Assembly: GCA_051747965.1 (NCBI GenBank)
Contig: JBNJGS010000004.1
Coordinates: 300-64,299, forward strand
Length of the DNA: 64,000 bases
From: Bacteroidota bacterium
GTDB lineage: Bacteria > Bacteroidota > Bacteroidia > Bacteroidales > ML635J-15
Direction: 5' to 3'
Of this stretch, positions 8,340 through 18,028 are shown piece by piece. Made by a program: the position numbers and the translations under genes. The notes under the pieces were generated by a model. It was given only the letters and a program-made list of their open reading frames with translations. It did no database searches and was not told the DNA's origin. Numbering within the stretch: the stretch's first letter is position 1; every line of letters begins with the position of its first letter.

Positions 8340-11176
8340 AAAACCTGAATTTTCTTCAATCTGTAGCAAAATATATATACGATAAGCAGCATGACAATCT
8401 TCAGGAACAGGTAGTGGTTGTGCCAAATATTCGCGCGGGCTTGTACCTGAGACGCTATCTTGGAGAAATGATGGAAGGCCCGGGCTGGTCTCCGGAAATT
8501 ATTTCCGTGCAGGACTTCTTTTATCAGCAATCAGATCTGAAAGCCGAAGAACCCGTGCCACTGGTTTTCGAATTGTACAAAACCTTTGTTGATGTCAAAC
8601 CGGGATTGTTTGACAGCTTTGATTCCTTTTATCCCTGGGGTGAAATTATTTTGTCAGATTTTAATGATATCGATAAAAACCTTGCCAATGCTTCTCAGCT
8701 ATTTGCCAATCTCACTGATCTCAAGAAAATTGATCTGTTGTATGCTGACGTGAACGAGGAGGTGACCGCCCATATAAAGAAATTCTGGAGTGAGTTTGAG
8801 CCTGATAATAATCATTACTCTAAAGAGCGTTTTCTGGAGGTATGGCAACACATGCTCAAGGTTTATGACAGGTACAGGAAACGACTGAAAGAACAAAAAT
8901 CCGGATATGAAGGCATGATAAGTCGTGCTGTTGCTGAAAACCTGGATAATGCACTCTTTCCCGATGAAAAACCGAAATATTTTTTTGTGGGATTCAATGT
9001 GTTGAGTGCTGCTGAAGAAACTGTTTTCAGATATTTTAAAAACCATCATGAGGCAGAATTCTTCTGGCAATATGAGGAAAATATCATTCAAGACCCACAC
9101 CATGAAGCTTTTCGCTTTGTCAGGGAGCTGATCAGGAAATTTCCGCTACCCAGGGACTTTAGCTATGACCGGAAAATGCGTGAAAAAAAAGTGCTGAATA
9201 TCTATTCTGTACCCTCCAAAACTGCGCAGGCAAAACTTGCATCCACCCTGATTGAGAAATATCTCATCCCCGTGGACCCTGAGCTTGAGCATTCCGGACT
9301 TGTGTTACCGGATGAGTCCCTGCTGCATCCTGTCTTGTATTCTGTCCCGGAATCGGTGAAACATGTGAATGTTACCATGGGATTTCCCATTTCTTACGCA
9401 CCCCAGACCAGCATCATACAAATACTTGCAGGTTTGCAAAAAAATTTCAGCTCAGATACCTGGTATCATAAGGATGTCCTCAAGGTATTGAATCATCCTC
9501 TGGTGCGCATAGTTTCTGCAGAAACCAGCCAGGAAATCAAAAACAAAATATTCAGGCAGAATATGATACGCATATCAGGTGAGGCGCTTAAAACCGGTGA
9601 TACCGTGCTGGATGAGATATTTTCTCACACTGAAGATGTGATGGAAACCGGAGAATATTTCAGCAGGATACTTAAGCTGCTATATGAAGGAATGCGTACC
9701 ATGGAAGATGTGGAATTTGATAAAGAAATTGTTTATCAGATGTATCGAAACATCAACAGGTTCAATGAATATCTTGTGAAAGACCGTATTTATTTCAAAT
9801 CTGCAAAAACTTATCTCTGGCTGGTGTCATCCATGCTGAATAAACTCAGTGTGGCTTTTTCCGGTGAACCGATGAGAGGATTGCAGGTCATGGGAATGCT
9901 GGAGACCAGGCTTATCGATTTTGAAAACCTCATCATCCTTTCCATGAATGAGGGGCATTTCCCGGGGCAGAGTTTTAAGAAAAGCTTTATTCCTTACAAT
10001 CTGAGACATGCATTCAATTTGCCAACCATTGAGCTGCAGGATGCCATACACGCTTATTATTTTTACCGGATGATATTGCATCCGGAAAATGTATTCCTGG
10101 TGTACAATAGTTCAGATGAGGGATTTAATAAAGGTGAAAAAAGCCGGTATATCCAGCAGATCATGCATGAACTTGATGCCCCGGTGAAAGAAATTCCCGT
10201 GTTCAATCAAACGGAATCCAAAAAGAAATCAGAGCGGGTGATAGAAAAAGATGAATTTGCCCTCTCTGTGCTGAAGCAATATACCGGAAGCAAACCGGAA
10301 AAACAGTTTTCACCGTCCCAGTTGAATACATACATCAAATGTTCCATGGCATTTTATTACAAGTATATACTCGGCATCAAAGAGCCGGATGAAATGCTTG
10401 AGCAAATAGGGAATATGGAGCTGGGAAATGTCCTGCATCAGGCCATGTGTGAATTGTATAAACCATACATGAACAGGGAAGTTGTTCTTGCTGACATTGA
10501 ATCCATGCTGAAACAGGAAGACAGAATCCTTTCTGCGGTGCACGATGCTTATCAAATGGAAATGAAAGTCAGCAAACTCGATGTATCGGGTATAAATGCG
10601 CTTGGCATTGAAGCTGTTATCAATTACGTGAAAGGCATCCTGCAAACTGACAAGAAGAGGGCTCCCTTTGTTTATCTGGAAGGGGAGATGTACTGTACAA
10701 GTGTTTTCAGGGCAGTGAAAGGTGATGCAGAAATAAATTGTGGTTTTCACGGGACCATAGACAGGCTGGAGAGAGATGATTCATTGCTTCGGGTGATAGA
10801 TTACAAAACGGGACAGGCCAAAAATGTTGCTAAGAACAAAGCAATGTCTGATTTTTTTGAAAGAAACAGAAAAAACGAAGGAGATCATGTATTTCAGATT
10901 CTGTTTTATACCTGGCTGATTCATCGCCAGGACGAGGGCAAGGCCTATGCTGCATACCGTCTGTACCCGATGATTATGTACACGCGTGGCAACAAAATAA
11001 TATCGGGCTTTGCCCTGGATGACAAGAAGCCTGACGATTACCGTGACGTGATGGAGGCATTTGAGGCAGAACTCTCAGAACTGATACACGAGATATTCAG
11101 TCCTGCTGTTCCCTTTCACATGACTGAAGTCATGGAGACATGCAATACCTGTCCATACTTCCATATGTGTCATTGA
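8336..11176 (+). CDS. AddB-like PD-(D/E)XK nuclease family protein with Fe-S Cys staple
   Basis: The ATG at 8336 overlaps the aroC stop (ATGA). Nuclease motif GTIDRLE...VIDYKTG. One upstream Cys (YIKCSMAFYY) plus a terminal CNTCPYFHMC gives a 1+3 Cys pattern as in AddB/RecB-family iron-sulfur nucleases. No intact Walker A was seen. Confidence 0.75.
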   Translation: MKNLNFLQSVAKYIYDKQHDNLQEQVVVVPNIRAGLYLRRYLGEMMEGPGWSPEIISVQDFFYQQSDLKAEEPVPLVFELYKTFVDVKPGLFDSFDSFYPWGEIILSDFNDIDKNLANASQLFANLTDLKKIDLLYADVNEEVTAHIKKFWSEFEPDNNHYSKERFLEVWQHMLKVYDRYRKRLKEQKSGYEGMISRAVAENLDNALFPDEKPKYFFVGFNVLSAAEETVFRYFKNHHEAEFFWQYEENIIQDPHHEAFRFVRELIRKFPLPRDFSYDRKMREKKVLNIYSVPSKTAQAKLASTLIEKYLIPVDPELEHSGLVLPDESLLHPVLYSVPESVKHVNVTMGFPISYAPQTSIIQILAGLQKNFSSDTWYHKDVLKVLNHPLVRIVSAETSQEIKNKIFRQNMIRISGEALKTGDTVLDEIFSHTEDVMETGEYFSRILKLLYEGMRTMEDVEFDKEIVYQMYRNINRFNEYLVKDRIYFKSAKTYLWLVSSMLNKLSVAFSGEPMRGLQVMGMLETRLIDFENLIILSMNEGHFPGQSFKKSFIPYNLRHAFNLPTIELQDAIHAYYFYRMILHPENVFLVYNSSDEGFNKGEKSRYIQQIMHELDAPVKEIPVFNQTESKKKSERVIEKDEFALSVLKQYTGSKPEKQFSPSQLNTYIKCSMAFYYKYILGIKEPDEMLEQIGNMELGNVLHQAMCELYKPYMNREVVLADIESMLKQEDRILSAVHDAYQMEMKVSKLDVSGINALGIEAVINYVKGILQTDKKRAPFVYLEGEMYCTSVFRAVKGDAEINCGFHGTIDRLERDDSLLRVIDYKTGQAKNVAKNKAMSDFFERNRKNEGDHVFQILFYTWLIHRQDEGKAYAAYRLYPMIMYTRGNKIISGFALDDKKPDDYRDVMEAFEAELSELIHEIFSPAVPFHMTEVMETCNTCPYFHMCH

Positions 11177-11188
11177 TTGTAGGCTGGG

Positions 11189-13681
11189 TTACTCCACCCG
11201 CAATTCTGCAGGTACAACAAAGGGCAGAATCTCAATATTGTTTTTCTCCGTGGTATTCATCAGTTCTATTTCCGCACGGCGGTTATACTGACGCGCCCTG
11301 TTTGTGTCAAGTTGCCTGGCGATGGGTTGTGTATCGCCATAGCTTTTCAGGCTGATTCGCTCCTTGTTTACGCCTTTTTCCACAAGGTAACTACTGATGG
11401 ATTCTGCACGTTTTTTCCCAAGCCACATATTGTAACTGTCTGTCCCGTAATGATCACAATGGCCGTTTATCTGAATGCTGATTTCAGGATGATTGGTCAG
11501 GTAACGGGCCAGTTGACTCAGATTGGCACGATGCTCTGCCGTAAGTTCATAACTGTCAAAATCAAAAAGCACCTGCTTTATACTTAATACCCCTTCCTTC
11601 CCTGATTTATCCTTTTCAATTCTGTATTGCTCAGGTACATCTATGTCTGCCATTTGAATTGTATTTCCTGCACCAAGAGGCAGAAACTCAACACGGCGGT
11701 TGTATTGTCTGGCATTGTCATCTTCAAGCTGTTTTGCCACCGGATGTTTTTCACCAAAAGATTCTGTTTGCAGTTGCTCTGAATCAACGCCTTCGTTTTT
11801 CAGAACTTCTTTTACGGCATTTGCACGTTCCAGCCCCAGTCTGTAATTGAAGCTTTCTGATCCTTTGTGGTCAGTATGGCCCTGTATGCTTAGTTTTACA
11901 TCTGTGTTTTCCCGGAGGACTCCGGCAAGCTCTGTTAAGTTTTCCTTGTGCTGATAATCAATATTTGTGCTGTTGTAATCAAAGTACACCGGTTGGGCAA
12001 CATAAAACTGATCTTTTCCGGCTTCCTCCTCTTTCCTGAGGGCAAGTGCCATTTCTGAAGCACTCAGGTATATATCGAGCGGATAATCCTCTTTTTCATA
12101 GCCAATTGGAACACTTACATTTACAACCTGGTTCTTTATGTTTTCCGAGCTCATGGCAACAAGAGTGACTTTTCCTACCGGTATTTGATCCTCAGTAAAT
12201 CTGCCGTTTTCCCGGGGATGCAGTATGTTAACTGTATCGCCGGTTTCGTCACTGATGACTGCGATTTGCAAATCTGCCGGTATTGTATTGTCAAGCTCCG
12301 GAATGTATATTTGTCCTTCCAGTCTTACGAAATCTTTTTCATAGGGCATTCTCAGGCTAAAGCAGTCTGATCCACTGATGCCTTCTCTTCGTTTGTTGCT
12401 GTTTTGGGGGCAATAAATAAATTTACCCTGAAAACTGACAATATAGGCCAGATCATTGCCAACCGTATTGTAAGGGTAACCAAGATTGATGGGTTCATTC
12501 CATTGGTTATTGAGCGAATCATATACAGAAACAAACATGTCAAATCCTCCCATATTCCCATGTGATTCGCTGGCAAAATACAATTGATTTTCACGTTCCA
12601 GCAAGAAGGGTGTTTCCTCGTGTAATGCTGTGTTGATATTGCCTCCAAGGTTTTCCGGTTCTGACCATTTGCCTTCTTCATCAGTTTCTGAAATATACAA
12701 ATCGAGGCCCCCAAGGCCCCCTGGCCGTTCAGAAGTGAAATACATTTTGTCTTCTGCCTTGTTCATGACAGCATGAGATTCCCATTTTCCGCTGTTAATA
12801 TTGTTGTTTAGCTTTTTTGCAGCATTCCATTTTCCATTTTCAAATTCGGCTGCATAGATATTTCCATCATCGGAATCATCATGTACAAGCAAAAGCCGAG
12901 TGCCGTCAAATGATAATGATACGGGCATGATGTACCTGCCAGTTTTCAGGTCTTCGGTGATATTTTCCGGATCGCTCCACCTGCCGTCTTCCCATGTTGA
13001 ATAATAAATATCATCCATTGGTATATGGTATTGATCGCGGTCTGTATTAATATCTGATGGAAAAACATTGCTGGTACCCATGGTATATACAAATACGGAA
13101 TCATTTCCACTAATAACAGGGCATCGCAACAGCTGACCCTCAGGAATGCTGATGTCAAAACTATACTTTTTGACTTCAAATTTTTCCGGCGGATTGGATA
13201 TGGAATATTCGCAACTGGAAATTTCCCTGTCAATAAGTTCTTCTGTCAGGGCTTCATTGTTGCGCTCATCAAAAGCTTTATAAGTTTTCAAATGATCCAT
13301 TGCTTTTTCGTAGTTCCCAGTTAGCCGGTATGCAATCCCAAGATAATACTCCGTTTCTGCCGGCGCCTGGTCTTCCCCAAAATTGTCTTTGTAGCCGGTG
13401 GATATGTTTTCTGAGGCTTTGGACAGCCATTCTTTTGCAAGATCAATATCATTCAGTGCCTCACTGTGCAGGTAACAATAACCAATTTTAAAGGCGTACT
13501 TGCTGTTTTCATTGTCTTTATCATACAATTGCAGGTATGTATTCAATGCTTCATCAAAATCAGAACTTGCAATATGGCGTTCGGCTTTTTTCCACAAGCT
13601 CCTTTCACCTGCAGCATAACCTGATACAGAAATAAGTGAAAGTAAAATAACTAAGCTGAGAAAAATGGGTTTGGTTTTCAT
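11189..13681 (-). CDS. OmpA family protein: TPR-like, TolB/PD40-like repeats, then two OmpA_C domains
   Basis: Signal peptide, then repeated F(T/A)SE(R/S).G..GG.D(L/M)(Y/F) segments. Two C-terminal peptidoglycan-binding domains follow (GHTDHKGSESFNYRLGLERA...YNRRVEF and GHCDHYGTDSYNMWLGKKRA...YNRRAEIEL). Confidence 0.85.
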   Translation of the reverse strand: MKTKPIFLSLVILLSLISVSGYAAGERSLWKKAERHIASSDFDEALNTYLQLYDKDNENSKYAFKIGYCYLHSEALNDIDLAKEWLSKASENISTGYKDNFGEDQAPAETEYYLGIAYRLTGNYEKAMDHLKTYKAFDERNNEALTEELIDREISSCEYSISNPPEKFEVKKYSFDISIPEGQLLRCPVISGNDSVFVYTMGTSNVFPSDINTDRDQYHIPMDDIYYSTWEDGRWSDPENITEDLKTGRYIMPVSLSFDGTRLLLVHDDSDDGNIYAAEFENGKWNAAKKLNNNINSGKWESHAVMNKAEDKMYFTSERPGGLGGLDLYISETDEEGKWSEPENLGGNINTALHEETPFLLERENQLYFASESHGNMGGFDMFVSVYDSLNNQWNEPINLGYPYNTVGNDLAYIVSFQGKFIYCPQNSNKRREGISGSDCFSLRMPYEKDFVRLEGQIYIPELDNTIPADLQIAVISDETGDTVNILHPRENGRFTEDQIPVGKVTLVAMSSENIKNQVVNVSVPIGYEKEDYPLDIYLSASEMALALRKEEEAGKDQFYVAQPVYFDYNSTNIDYQHKENLTELAGVLRENTDVKLSIQGHTDHKGSESFNYRLGLERANAVKEVLKNEGVDSEQLQTESFGEKHPVAKQLEDDNARQYNRRVEFLPLGAGNTIQMADIDVPEQYRIEKDKSGKEGVLSIKQVLFDFDSYELTAEHRANLSQLARYLTNHPEISIQINGHCDHYGTDSYNMWLGKKRAESISSYLVEKGVNKERISLKSYGDTQPIARQLDTNRARQYNRRAEIELMNTTEKNNIEILPFVVPAELRVE

Positions 13682-13715
13682 TTTTTCTATATTTTCATTT
13701 CCATAAAATAACCAA

Positions 13716-13723
13716 TAAATTTG
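13716..13723 (+). promoter_or_regulatory. Candidate -7 box TAAATTTG
   Basis: Exact TAnnTTTG match 34 nt upstream of the ATG at 13757. No clear -33 element. Confidence 0.25.
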
Positions 13724-13756
13724 TTAAATGTTTTTCTAAAAATAAAAAATTATACT

Positions 13757-14167
13757 ATGAGTATACATAATACCCTTGAATTGGCTCCTATGTCACAGGG
13801 ATTTCACCTGATAACTGATAAAGTTGTTGACAAAATAGGAAAATTGCCCGAAAACGGGCTCTTGAATCTGTTTGTGAAGCATACATCTGCCGGAATTACG
13901 CTCAATGAAAATGCAGATCCCGATGTGCGTAGGGATTTTCATAGATTTATCAATGATATGATTCCCGAATCTTATCCGCATTTCAGACATACCCTGGAAG
14001 GCAGTGATGATATGCCTGCTCATATCAAGGCATCTCTGCTTGGTCAGTCATTGCAGATACCTGTACAAAACGGGAGACTGGCCCTTGGCACATGGCAGGG
14101 CATTTATTTTTGTGAATTCAGAAAAAATGCCGGACCCAGAAGTATAATTCTTACGATAATTTCCTGA
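13757..14167 (+). CDS. yjbQ: YjbQ/UPF0047 family protein (secondary thiamine-phosphate synthase-like)
   Basis: GFHLITD...LFVKHTSAGITLNENADPDVRRD...HTLEGSDDMPAHIKASLLG. I prefer the ATG at 13757 over the upstream TTG in the track. Confidence 0.8.
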   Translation: MSIHNTLELAPMSQGFHLITDKVVDKIGKLPENGLLNLFVKHTSAGITLNENADPDVRRDFHRFINDMIPESYPHFRHTLEGSDDMPAHIKASLLGQSLQIPVQNGRLALGTWQGIYFCEFRKNAGPRSIILTIIS

Positions 14168-14249
14168 ATCATGCTGTGTGACATGATGTGTTTTCCCGAT
14201 TTTTCGTATTTTCGTCAGGTTTAAAGATAACATTGAAAATTAAAATATT

Positions 14250-15845
14250 ATGCAAAAATTATTATTGCTTGGAGATGAGGCGATTGCCCAGGGTGCAATC
14301 GACGGAGGAATGTCCGGTTGTTATGCATACCCGGGAACTCCATCAACGGAAATTATGGAATATGTTCAGCAGTCAAAGCAAGCTGCTGAAATGAAAATTC
14401 ACAGAGAATGGTCAGCAAATGAGAAAACTGCCACAGAAGGTGCCATCGGCATGTCTTATGGTGGCAAACGTGCCATGGCATGCATGAAACATGTCGGATT
14501 GAATGTTGCTGCAGATGCATTTGTAAATGCTTCAATTACCGGTGTAAACGGAGGCCTTGTTATCCTTTCAGCCGATGATCCCAGCATGCATTCCTCACAA
14601 AATGAGCAGGATTCCCGGTTTTACGGCGACTTTGCAATGATTCCGATTCTGGAACCTTCAAATCAGCAGGAGGCATATGACATGGCTTATGGTGCTTTTG
14701 AATTGTCGGAAAAATTCAACGTTCCGGTATTGTTAAGAGTAACAACCAGGTTGGCACATTCCCGCTCAGGTGTTGAAACCAGGGCAGGGAAGGAGCAAAG
14801 AAAAACTGCGCTGCCGGAAAACCCAAGGCAATTTGTATTGCTTCCATCCATTGCCCGTGAGAATTACAAAAAATTGCTGGAAATGCAGCCGGCCATTGAG
14901 AAAGCTTCCGATGATTCAGAATATAATCAGTACATTGATGGTACAGATAAATCCATCGGCGTTGTTGCCTGTGGTATAGCCTATAACTACCTGATGGAGA
15001 ATTATCCTGAAGGTTGCCCTTATCCCATCATAAAGATATCACAATATCCTGCTCCGCGTGCTCACCTTGAGCGAATGAAAGAGGAGTGTGATGAGATTAT
15101 GGTTCTCGAAGAAGGCTACCCCTTACTGGAAGAAAAGCTGCGCGGTTTTTATAATGACGGCATTATCATTCACGGGCGCCTCAATGGCTCCCTTCCGCGC
15201 GACGGTGAATTGAACCCGGGTTTTGTAGCCAAAGCCATGGGTATTGAAGTGAAAGAAGGAGAGTCCATTCCTGAAGACGTGGCAGGACGCCCGCCGGCCC
15301 TTTGTCCGGGTTGTAGCCACAGGGATGTCTATAATGCACTGAACGAAGCTCTGGAACCTTATGGTACCGGACGAGTTTTCTCCGATATCGGTTGTTATAC
15401 CCTTGGTGCGCTGGCACCGTTTAACGCGATCAACTCCTGTGTTGACATGGGTGCGTCGGTAACCATGGCTGTTGGTGCAGCTGATGCAGGCATTGTGCCT
15501 GCTGTATCCATGATTGGGGATTCAACTTTTACTCACAGTGGCATGACCGGCCTGCTGGACGCTGTCATCAAGAATTCACCCATCGTGGTAATTATCTCCG
15601 ATAACAGCACTACCGGAATGACAGGCGGACAGAAATCTCATGCTGAAGGCCGCCTCTTTGATATTGTCAAAGGCCTTGGTGTGCCGGAAGAACATGTGCG
15701 TAAAATGAATCCGCTCAAAAAATACCACGAGGAAAATGTGCAGATTCTTAAAGAAGAGCTTGAATATAACGGTGTAAGCGTGGTTATCCCACAGCGTGAA
15801 TGTATTCAGACAGCAGCCAAAAAGAAACGCGCTGCCAAAAAATAA
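14250..15845 (+). CDS. iorA: Indolepyruvate ferredoxin oxidoreductase subunit alpha
   Basis: N-terminus LLLGDEAIAQGAIDGG...AYPGTPSTEI and TPP-binding GDSTFTHSGMTGLLD. About 530 aa, followed by iorB. Confidence 0.85.
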   Translation: MQKLLLLGDEAIAQGAIDGGMSGCYAYPGTPSTEIMEYVQQSKQAAEMKIHREWSANEKTATEGAIGMSYGGKRAMACMKHVGLNVAADAFVNASITGVNGGLVILSADDPSMHSSQNEQDSRFYGDFAMIPILEPSNQQEAYDMAYGAFELSEKFNVPVLLRVTTRLAHSRSGVETRAGKEQRKTALPENPRQFVLLPSIARENYKKLLEMQPAIEKASDDSEYNQYIDGTDKSIGVVACGIAYNYLMENYPEGCPYPIIKISQYPAPRAHLERMKEECDEIMVLEEGYPLLEEKLRGFYNDGIIIHGRLNGSLPRDGELNPGFVAKAMGIEVKEGESIPEDVAGRPPALCPGCSHRDVYNALNEALEPYGTGRVFSDIGCYTLGALAPFNAINSCVDMGASVTMAVGAADAGIVPAVSMIGDSTFTHSGMTGLLDAVIKNSPIVVIISDNSTTGMTGGQKSHAEGRLFDIVKGLGVPEEHVRKMNPLKKYHEENVQILKEELEYNGVSVVIPQRECIQTAAKKKRAAKK

Positions 15846-15871
15846 TAGTAAAACGATTAAAATCAGAAAAG

Positions 15872-16456
15872 ATGAAACGTGATATAATTTTAGCCGGCGT
15901 CGGCGGACAAGGAATTCTAACCATAGCGGCAGCCATTGGCACAGCCGCTGTCAATAAAGGTCTTTACCTGAAACAGGCAGAAGTGCATGGAATGAGTCAG
16001 CGTGGCGGTGATGTACAGTCCAATCTGCGGATATCGGACAAGCCTATCTATTCAGACCTGATCGCCAAAGGCGGAGCTGATATCATCCTTTCGGTAGAGC
16101 CCATGGAAGCACTGCGCTATCTGCCTCTCCTGAAAGAATCAGGTTATGTTATCACCAACACCAAACCTTTTGTTAATATCCCGAATTATCCTGAAATGGA
16201 TAAACTGATGGAGAAAATTGAAGGTCTGAAAAATAAGGTTGCTTTGGATGCTGATAAAATTGCCAGGGAAGACATCGGATCTGCCCGTGCATCCAATATT
16301 GTGATGCTTGGTGCCGCTTTGCCCGTTCTTGGCTTTGAGGTGGGAGAACTTGAAAATGCCATCCGCGAACTCTTTGGACGCAAAGGTGAAAAAATCGTGG
16401 AGATGAATATTAAAGCACTGCATGCAGGCCGCGAGTTTGCAGAGAAAAATATGTGA
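15872..16456 (+). CDS. iorB: Indolepyruvate oxidoreductase subunit beta
   Basis: MKRDIILAGVGGQGILT...HGMSQRGG. ATG at 15872; the track start at 15800 overlaps iorA. Confidence 0.85.
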   Translation: MKRDIILAGVGGQGILTIAAAIGTAAVNKGLYLKQAEVHGMSQRGGDVQSNLRISDKPIYSDLIAKGGADIILSVEPMEALRYLPLLKESGYVITNTKPFVNIPNYPEMDKLMEKIEGLKNKVALDADKIAREDIGSARASNIVMLGAALPVLGFEVGELENAIRELFGRKGEKIVEMNIKALHAGREFAEKNM

Positions 16457-16473
16457 TAAATTATTTTTTTGAC

Positions 16474-16512
16474 AAAAGCATCATTCATCAGACGGATGAT
16501 GCTTTTGTTTTT
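16474..16512 (+). terminator. Rho-independent terminator after iorB
   Basis: An 11-bp stem AAAAGCATCAT/ATGATGCTTTT with an 11-nt loop, followed by GTTTTTG. Confidence 0.6.
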
Positions 16513-16526
16513 GTAAGCTGCTGCCT

Positions 16527-17975
16527 ATGACTATATTTAAACGATTTCCACGGCAATTCTGGATTGCCAATTCACTGGAATTGTTTGAACGCTTTGCCTG
16601 GTACGGAATGTTTATGGTGCTCGCCCTGTATCTGACCGGATCACAGGATACCGGTGCACTTGGATTCAGCCAGGCCCAAAAAGGCCAAATGATGGGCATT
16701 GTGGTGGGAACATTATACCTTATGCCCGTGATTACAGGGGCCTTGTCCGATCGATTTGGCTATAAACTTACCCTGATACTTGCTTTTGCTTTTATGGGCC
16801 TTGGATATTCTCTCATGGCTGTGGTAGACTCTTATCCTGTCTTTTTTGTCGTCTTTTTTATTACTGCCTTCGGAGCAGCCCTGTTTAAACCCGTGATATC
16901 TGCTACCATTGCCAACACAACCACAGATAAAACATCATCCATTGGCTTTGGAATATTTTACATGATGGTAAACATGGGCGCCTTCCTGGGACCAATGTTT
17001 GCCGCATCATTGCGTCAAAATGGCTGGGAACATGTGTTTTATGGAGCAGCTCTGCTCATGGGCGTGAATATGATCCTGAGTCTGTTGTTTTTTTCACCGG
17101 ATGTTCAGGAAAAGAAGAAAAACAAATCTTTTGCTAAGGAGATTCGGCAGGCAGTCAAAAATATCGGTGTGGCTCTGTCTGATACAAAATTTGTGGTATT
17201 TCTGTTTATTGTCGTCGGATTCTGGACCATGTATAATCAACTGTTTTATACCCTGCCCACATTTATTCATGACTGGATGGATACAAGAGAATTGTTTGAT
17301 AAGGTTCAGAGTTTCTGGCCGTGGCTGGCAAATAAAATCGGAACAGAACAAGGAGGAATTCAGCCTGAAATTATGACCAATCTGGACGCCTTATATATCA
17401 TTTTGTTTCAGTTACTGGTTTCCTGGGGTGTGATGAAATGGCGACCGGTGAATTCCATGATGACAGGATTCCTGGTAAGCTCCATAGGTCTTGGTCTGAC
17501 TTTCATGCAACATAATCCGGTCTACCTTTTTATTACGATACTGATTTTCGGACTTGGTGAAATGGCCAGTAGTCCCAAGATAACAGAATACATCGGTAAA
17601 ATTGCTCCCCGTGATAAAATGGCCTTATACATGGGCTGTTCATTTCTCCCCATGGCAGGAGGGAATTATCTTGCGGGATGGTTGTCGGGTAATCCCTACG
17701 CCAGATTATCCGATAAGGCTGTTTTACTACGGCAGGATCTTCTGTCAAAAGGAATAGAGGTTCCGGCTTTGTCTGATAGTTTTACCAAAACCGACCTTTA
17801 TCAGCTTGGTGAAAATACTCTGCAAATGAACCATGCTGAAATGACAAGCTATCTGTGGGAAAATTACAATCCTTCCTCATTTTGGATGATTATTACAGGT
17901 ATAGGAGTGGGCTGCTTTGCCATGCTCTTTCTTTATGACCGGTATATGCTGAAATCCGGCAGAAAAAAATCCTGA
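16527..17975 (+). CDS. POT/PTR2 family proton-dependent oligopeptide transporter (MFS)
   Basis: ExxERFxYYG-type motif (ELFERFAWYG) near the N-terminus and multiple TM helices. 482 aa. Confidence 0.8.
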   Translation: MTIFKRFPRQFWIANSLELFERFAWYGMFMVLALYLTGSQDTGALGFSQAQKGQMMGIVVGTLYLMPVITGALSDRFGYKLTLILAFAFMGLGYSLMAVVDSYPVFFVVFFITAFGAALFKPVISATIANTTTDKTSSIGFGIFYMMVNMGAFLGPMFAASLRQNGWEHVFYGAALLMGVNMILSLLFFSPDVQEKKKNKSFAKEIRQAVKNIGVALSDTKFVVFLFIVVGFWTMYNQLFYTLPTFIHDWMDTRELFDKVQSFWPWLANKIGTEQGGIQPEIMTNLDALYIILFQLLVSWGVMKWRPVNSMMTGFLVSSIGLGLTFMQHNPVYLFITILIFGLGEMASSPKITEYIGKIAPRDKMALYMGCSFLPMAGGNYLAGWLSGNPYARLSDKAVLLRQDLLSKGIEVPALSDSFTKTDLYQLGENTLQMNHAEMTSYLWENYNPSSFWMIITGIGVGCFAMLFLYDRYMLKSGRKKS

Positions 17976-18028
17976 TAAACAAAAATTATCATTACATTGT
18001 TGCTTCATAAAACAAAATAATTTCTTTT

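Noticed and set aside
1525-11176. RecD-like helicase plus AddB-like nuclease as a defence or novel recombination system
   Set aside because: The two genes are on opposite strands and separated by six housekeeping genes. No methylase, ATPase-nuclease pair, toxin or mobile-element context is present, so the link is unsupported.
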